From an uncultured Verrucomicrobiae bacterium (GTDB lineage Bacteria; Verrucomicrobiota; Verrucomicrobiia; Chthoniobacterales; Chthoniobacteraceae), in assembly GCA_963836755.1 (NCBI GenBank), contig CAWIKF010000002.1:288001-352000 (forward strand): a DNA stretch of 64,000 nucleotides, read 5' to 3'. The translations under genes and the position numbers were made by a program. This document shows positions 60,389-64,000 of the stretch, piece by piece; within the stretch, counting starts at the first letter, position 1; every line of letters begins with the position of its first letter. The notes under the pieces were generated by a model. That model did not search any database and was not told the origin of the DNA. It was given only the letters and a program-made list of their open reading frames with translations.

Positions 60389-61483
60389 ATGAAATTTAGT
60401 GTCAGCAAAGATAAGCTCCTCGAAGGTCTCCAGACGGTGCAAAATGTGGTCAGCACGCGCACCACGCTCCCGATTCTTTCCAATGTTTTGCTGCAGGCTG
60501 CGGATGGCGAATTGCGGTTGACGACGACTGATCTCGACGTCGGCGTGCGCGGCGGAATCGAGGCGCAAATCGAGAAGCCAGGCGCGACCACATTGCCCGC
60601 GAGGCGTCTGTTTACCATCGTTCGCGAGCTTCCGGCCTCAGAAATCCAGATCGACATCGATTCCAAAAATGTCGCCTCGATTCGCAGTGGCGCGAGTTTT
60701 TTCAAGATCCTCGGCCTGCCCGAGGAAGAGTTTCCGCCGCTGCCGAAATTTGAAAACGCGAAGACTTTCACGATCCGACAAAAAGAGCTGCGCGACGGTC
60801 TGAAAAAAACCAGCTACGCGATCTCGACCGACGAGACGCGCTACGTCCTCAACGGCATTCTCTGCTCGTTCAAGGACAACAAGCTCACGCTCGTCGCGAC
60901 TGACGGGCGGCGGCTCGCGCTGCTCGACATCGAGCTGGAATTTCCGCGCAGCCAGGAAGTCGACATCATCGTGCCGACGAAAGCGGTTTCGGAATTGCAG
61001 CGATTGCTCGGCGACGAGGGCGACGTGAAAATGATGGTCGGCGAGAATCAGGTCGCATTCGATCTCAACGGAAAGCTGCTGGTCTCGAAACTGATCGAGG
61101 GAAATTATCCGAACTACCGACAAGTGATTCCCGCGGAGGCGAAGGAGCGTGTGACGCTCGAGCGCGAAACTTTTCTCAGCACTGTCCATCGCGTCTCACT
61201 CCTCTCGAGCGAAAAATCGAATTCCGTGAAGCTCATTTTTTCGCGCAACAACATCGACATCACCGCGAACACGCCCGAGGTCGGCGAGGCGCGCGAGTCG
61301 CTGCCCGTGCAATACAAGGGCAAGGATTTTCAGATCGCCTTCAACCCCGCGTTCCTCATGGACCCGCTCCGCAGCCTCCCGAACGACGAAGTCTACCTCG
61401 ACCTCATCGACGAGATGAGCCCGGGCGTCTTGAAAATCCAGAGCCCGTTTCTTTACGTGCTGATGCCGATGCGCATCAGCTGA
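60389..61483 (+). CDS. dnaN: DNA polymerase III beta clamp
   Basis: LPILSNVL, TDLD, ATDGRRLA, GNYPNY, VLMPMR. Confidence 0.98.
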   Translation: MKFSVSKDKLLEGLQTVQNVVSTRTTLPILSNVLLQAADGELRLTTTDLDVGVRGGIEAQIEKPGATTLPARRLFTIVRELPASEIQIDIDSKNVASIRSGASFFKILGLPEEEFPPLPKFENAKTFTIRQKELRDGLKKTSYAISTDETRYVLNGILCSFKDNKLTLVATDGRRLALLDIELEFPRSQEVDIIVPTKAVSELQRLLGDEGDVKMMVGENQVAFDLNGKLLVSKLIEGNYPNYRQVIPAEAKERVTLERETFLSTVHRVSLLSSEKSNSVKLIFSRNNIDITANTPEVGEARESLPVQYKGKDFQIAFNPAFLMDPLRSLPNDEVYLDLIDEMSPGVLKIQSPFLYVLMPMRIS

Positions 61484-61590
61484 CCGGCGGTCAATTTCGG
61501 ATTGCACATTGCCGCGCGTGCGGTAGTTTTTGCGCCCGGTAATTGCGCGGCGGGCACGACGCCTTTCGCGCACTTTTGGAAAAAAATCTC

Positions 61591-61672
61591 GCTCACGTGG
61601 CGGAACTGGCAGACGCGCACGGCTCAGGACCGTGTGGGGCAACCCATGGAGGTTCGAGTCCTCTCGTGAGCA
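61591..61672 (+). tRNA. tRNA-Leu(CAG)
   Basis: Acceptor GCTCACG/CGTGAGC, anticodon arm CACGG-CTCAGGA-CCGTG, long variable arm, GGTTCGAGTCC; no encoded CCA. Confidence 0.93.
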
Positions 61673-61714
61673 TTTCTTCGCGCGGCGCGGCGGCGCTGCT
61701 AAAGTCCCCGCGAG

Positions 61715-61924
61715 ATGAAAATTCCGCACTTCCTAATGATCCTCGCGATCATTTTTGCCGCTGTCGCTCCGCTATATTTCCGTCAACCAATACCAAACAA
61801 CTGCGCACTCCTCGAAAAGCGTCTGGACCAGGATGAAAAAGATCTCTCGCAGGCGCAACAGGATGTCGGCGAGCTGAAACAGCAGATGCAAATCGTGCTG
61901 CGGCGCGGTTCGCTCCCCGACTAG
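61715..61924 (+). CDS. Small membrane-anchored coiled-coil protein
   Basis: N-terminal hydrophobic helix then heptads; TAAAGT 9 nt upstream of ATG. Confidence 0.55.
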   Translation: MKIPHFLMILAIIFAAVAPLYFRQPIPNNCALLEKRLDQDEKDLSQAQQDVGELKQQMQIVLRRGSLPD

Positions 61925-62589
61925 TCCGCGAGCAGCCCGTCGCGAATTTCCAGCCGCCGATCGCCGCGCGTCGCGAGCTGTGCGTCGTGCGTCACCACCA
62001 CCAGCGTCGTCTGCTTTTCGCGCACCAACGCGAGTAAAAGTTCCACGATCGCGCCGCCTGTTTTCGAGTCGAGATTGCCCGTCGGCTCATCGGCGAAAAT
62101 CACGCTCGGCTCATTCATCACCGCGCGCGCGATCGCCACCCGCTGCTGCTCGCCGCCCGAAAGTTCCCCGGGCAAATGCTGCAGCCGATCGCTAAGCCCC
62201 ACGCGCGCCAATGCCGCTGAAGCCGCTTCCGCGCTTGGTTTGCGGCCGATCATCAGCGGCAGCATCACATTTTCCAGCGCCGTCAGTTCCGGCAGCAAAA
62301 AGTAACCTTGGAAGACAAAGCCGACCCGCTCATTGCGCAACCGCGCCTGCACGCGGTCGCCGCCGCGATAAAGCTGCTCCCCTTCAAAATGCACGGTCCC
62401 CGCCTCGGGCCGCTCCAGCCCGGCCAGCGTGTAGAGCAGCGTCGACTTGCCCGCGCCCGACGCGCCGCAGAGAAAAATCGCCTCGCCACGGGACACCTCC
62501 AGCGAGATGCCGCGCAGCACCTCCACGCGCCGCGCGCCGATGACGAAAGAGCGGCGCAAATCGCGCGCGATGAGATGTGGTTCGCTCAC
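61921..62589 (-). CDS. ABC transporter ATP-binding protein, LolD-like
   Basis: [38 protein letters not shown]; start GTG 62589 or ATG 62598. Confidence 0.92.
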   Translation of the reverse strand: MSEPHLIARDLRRSFVIGARRVEVLRGISLEVSRGEAIFLCGASGAGKSTLLYTLAGLERPEAGTVHFEGEQLYRGGDRVQARLRNERVGFVFQGYFLLPELTALENVMLPLMIGRKPSAEAASAALARVGLSDRLQHLPGELSGGEQQRVAIARAVMNEPSVIFADEPTGNLDSKTGGAIVELLLALVREKQTTLVVVTHDAQLATRGDRRLEIRDGLLAD

Positions 62590-62596
62590 GGCGCGC

Positions 62597-62625
62597 ATTA
62601 AAGGCGCGCCGCTGCGATTTGGCAA
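62597..62625 (-). promoter_or_regulatory. Sigma70-like promoter of the lolD-like gene
   Basis: TTGCCA-17 bp-TTTAAT, 7 nt before GTG 62589. Confidence 0.5.
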
Positions 62626-62693
62626 AAAAAACCGGCGCGCGCGGCGTCGGATCAGCGGCGCTGGCAGCACAGAGCTTCAAAACTGCCCTCGAA

Positions 62694-62924
62694 AATCCTA
62701 GGATTTTTGCTCCCAATCCCAGGATTTTTGCGGTCCAACCTAGGATTTTCGATGCCGGACCTAGGATTCTTGCCGCCAGTCCTGGGATTTTTCGTCCCAG
62801 ACGCAGGATTTTTGCCGTCCAACCTAGGATTTTTGGTGCCAGTCCCAGGATTTTTGCGCCCAATCCTAGGATTTTGGCCGCCAGTCCCAGGATTTTTGGC
62901 GTTAGTCGGCGGATTATTGCGGTC
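62694..62924. repeat. Tandem array of about 11 x 21-bp units with conserved CCYAGGATTTT core
   Basis: Units start at 62694, 62715, 62736 ... 62904 with an exact 21-bp period. Confidence 0.95.
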
Positions 62925-62993
62925 AGGCAGGCGTGTTTGGCCACGGCGTGCTCGGGGCTTGCTTCGGCCAAGCCGCGGGGCGACGGTCGGCGC

Positions 62994-63672
62994 TTGCAGA
63001 ACCCGATTTTTGTCAAAAAAACTTTCGCGGCAATCGCGGGGCGGTATGACCTGGCGAATCATCTGCTGAGCGGCGGGCTCGATTTTTCCTGGCGCAAAAA
63101 GTCGGCGCGCATCGTGCGCGAATGGGCGCCGCGCGCGGTCCTTGATCTCGCGACCGGAAGCGGCGACCTGGCGCTGGCGATTCTGCGCGCATGCCCGGCG
63201 GCGCGGGTGGTCGGCGCGGATTTTTGCGAGCCGATGCTGGAGCTGGCGCGGCGGAAGGGTTTGCGCGAGACGGTGGTGGCCGATGCGATGCGTTTGCCGT
63301 TTGCGGCGGGGGAATTCGATGTGGTGACGGTCGCGTTCGGGCTGCGGAATATGGAGTCGTGGCCCGGGCGCGCTGCGGGAAATGCGGCGGGTGTTGCGGG
63401 CGGGTGGGCACTTGCTGGTGCTCGATTTTTCGATGCCGGAGGGGAGACTTTTTCGCGGGATTTATCGCGGGTATCTGCACGGGGTGCTGCCGCGGCTGGC
63501 GTCAGTTTTGACGCGGGAGAAAAGTGCGTATGAGTATCTCGGGGCGTCGATCGAAAAGTTCCCGAGCGGAGCGGCGATGACGGCGCTGCTGCGGGAGAAC
63601 GGGTTTGCGGAGGCGGAATGCCTGCGGTTGAGCGGAGGGATTGTGTCGCTTTACACGGCGATGGCGGCGTGA
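62994..63672 (+). pseudogene. ubiE: UbiE/MenG quinone methyltransferase with +1 frameshift near 63364
   Basis: FAAIAGRYDLANHLLS, LDLATGSGD, VAFGLRN, then EMRRVLRAGG..YEYL..SI in another frame; one extra base in TGGCCCGGG. Confidence 0.88.
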
Positions 63673-63686
63673 GCGGGAGGATTTTT

Positions 63687-63807
63687 CGGGTAGGGTGGGC
63701 GTCTCACCCGCCGGTGATGGCGTCTCGCCATCACGAACTTTTTCCGAGGCTGAAAGTGCGTCGCGGCGAGACGCCGCAACCGGCGGGCGGGACGCCCACC
63801 CTACCCG
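63687..63807. mobile_element. REPIN/MITE-like element made of two inverted GTAG-type REP sequences
   Basis: 29-bp inverted arms 63687-63715 and 63779-63807 (2 mismatches), each with GTAG plus a short palindrome; internal hairpins. Confidence 0.75.
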
Positions 63808-63824
63808 GGAATCCCTCGCAGGCG

Positions 63825-64000
63825 TTATGGCGTCGCGGCGGGGACTGGCGTGCTTTCGGGGGCGGGTGTGGGGCTCGCGGGTGGGCTTGCGCCGAGATTC
63901 GGCACGGGAGTGGATTGCGTGAGGGTCAACTGCAGCGCCTCATAGTCTGGGCGGTTGATGATGAAAGTTCCGTCGAGGCCGTCGGCGGCGGCGAACCACA
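63825..64000 (-). CDS. C-terminal end of a protein entering from the right edge
   Basis: Open frame ..WFAAADGLDGTFIINRPDYEALQLTLTQSTPVP..ATP* with Pro-rich tail. Confidence 0.6.
   Translation of the reverse strand, partial: WFAAADGLDGTFIINRPDYEALQLTLTQSTPVPNLGASPPASPTPAPESTPVPAATP

Noticed and set aside
61591..61924. Integrated element at tRNA-Leu
   Set aside because: No integrase and no duplicated tRNA 3' end seen in the window
62692..62707. 16-bp palindrome as a canonical parS site
   Set aside because: Does not resemble the TGTTTCACGTGAAACA consensus; no parAB in the window
62694..62924. 21-bp array as a CRISPR array
   Set aside because: Constant part is only ~11 bp, variable parts are ~10 bp and related to each other, and no cas genes or leader are present

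Overview
High-GC bacterial chromosome segment; gene content and order point to Verrucomicrobiota, probably Chthoniobacterales/Spartobacteria-like (inference, no search run). It is mostly densely packed housekeeping DNA: ilvC, fumC, glpX, nuoA, hisG, sppA-thiL-tsaE-tsaB, ribD, gltB, recR, dinB-ubiX-ribBA-ribH-nusB-ftsY, argA, dnaA-dnaN, two tRNAs, and a DnaA-box cluster upstream of dnaA. No CRISPR array, phage or transposase is visible. The most unexplained structure is an array of about 11 x 21-bp repeats with a palindromic core (AATCCTAGGATT) and variable flanks, between the divergent lolD-like and ubiE promoters. Other points of interest: a ClpX paralogue without a zinc finger and with a duplicated C-terminal domain, followed by a degenerate class III cyclase; a Cys-repeat lipopeptide; a 34-aa bS22/mS38-like basic protein missed by the ORF track; a REPIN-like element; an internally deleted GH2 pseudogene; and recurring leaderless-type promoter layouts. 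Two genes (EVE, ubiE) carry +1 frameshifts that may be sequencing errors. All family names come from motif recognition, not database searches.
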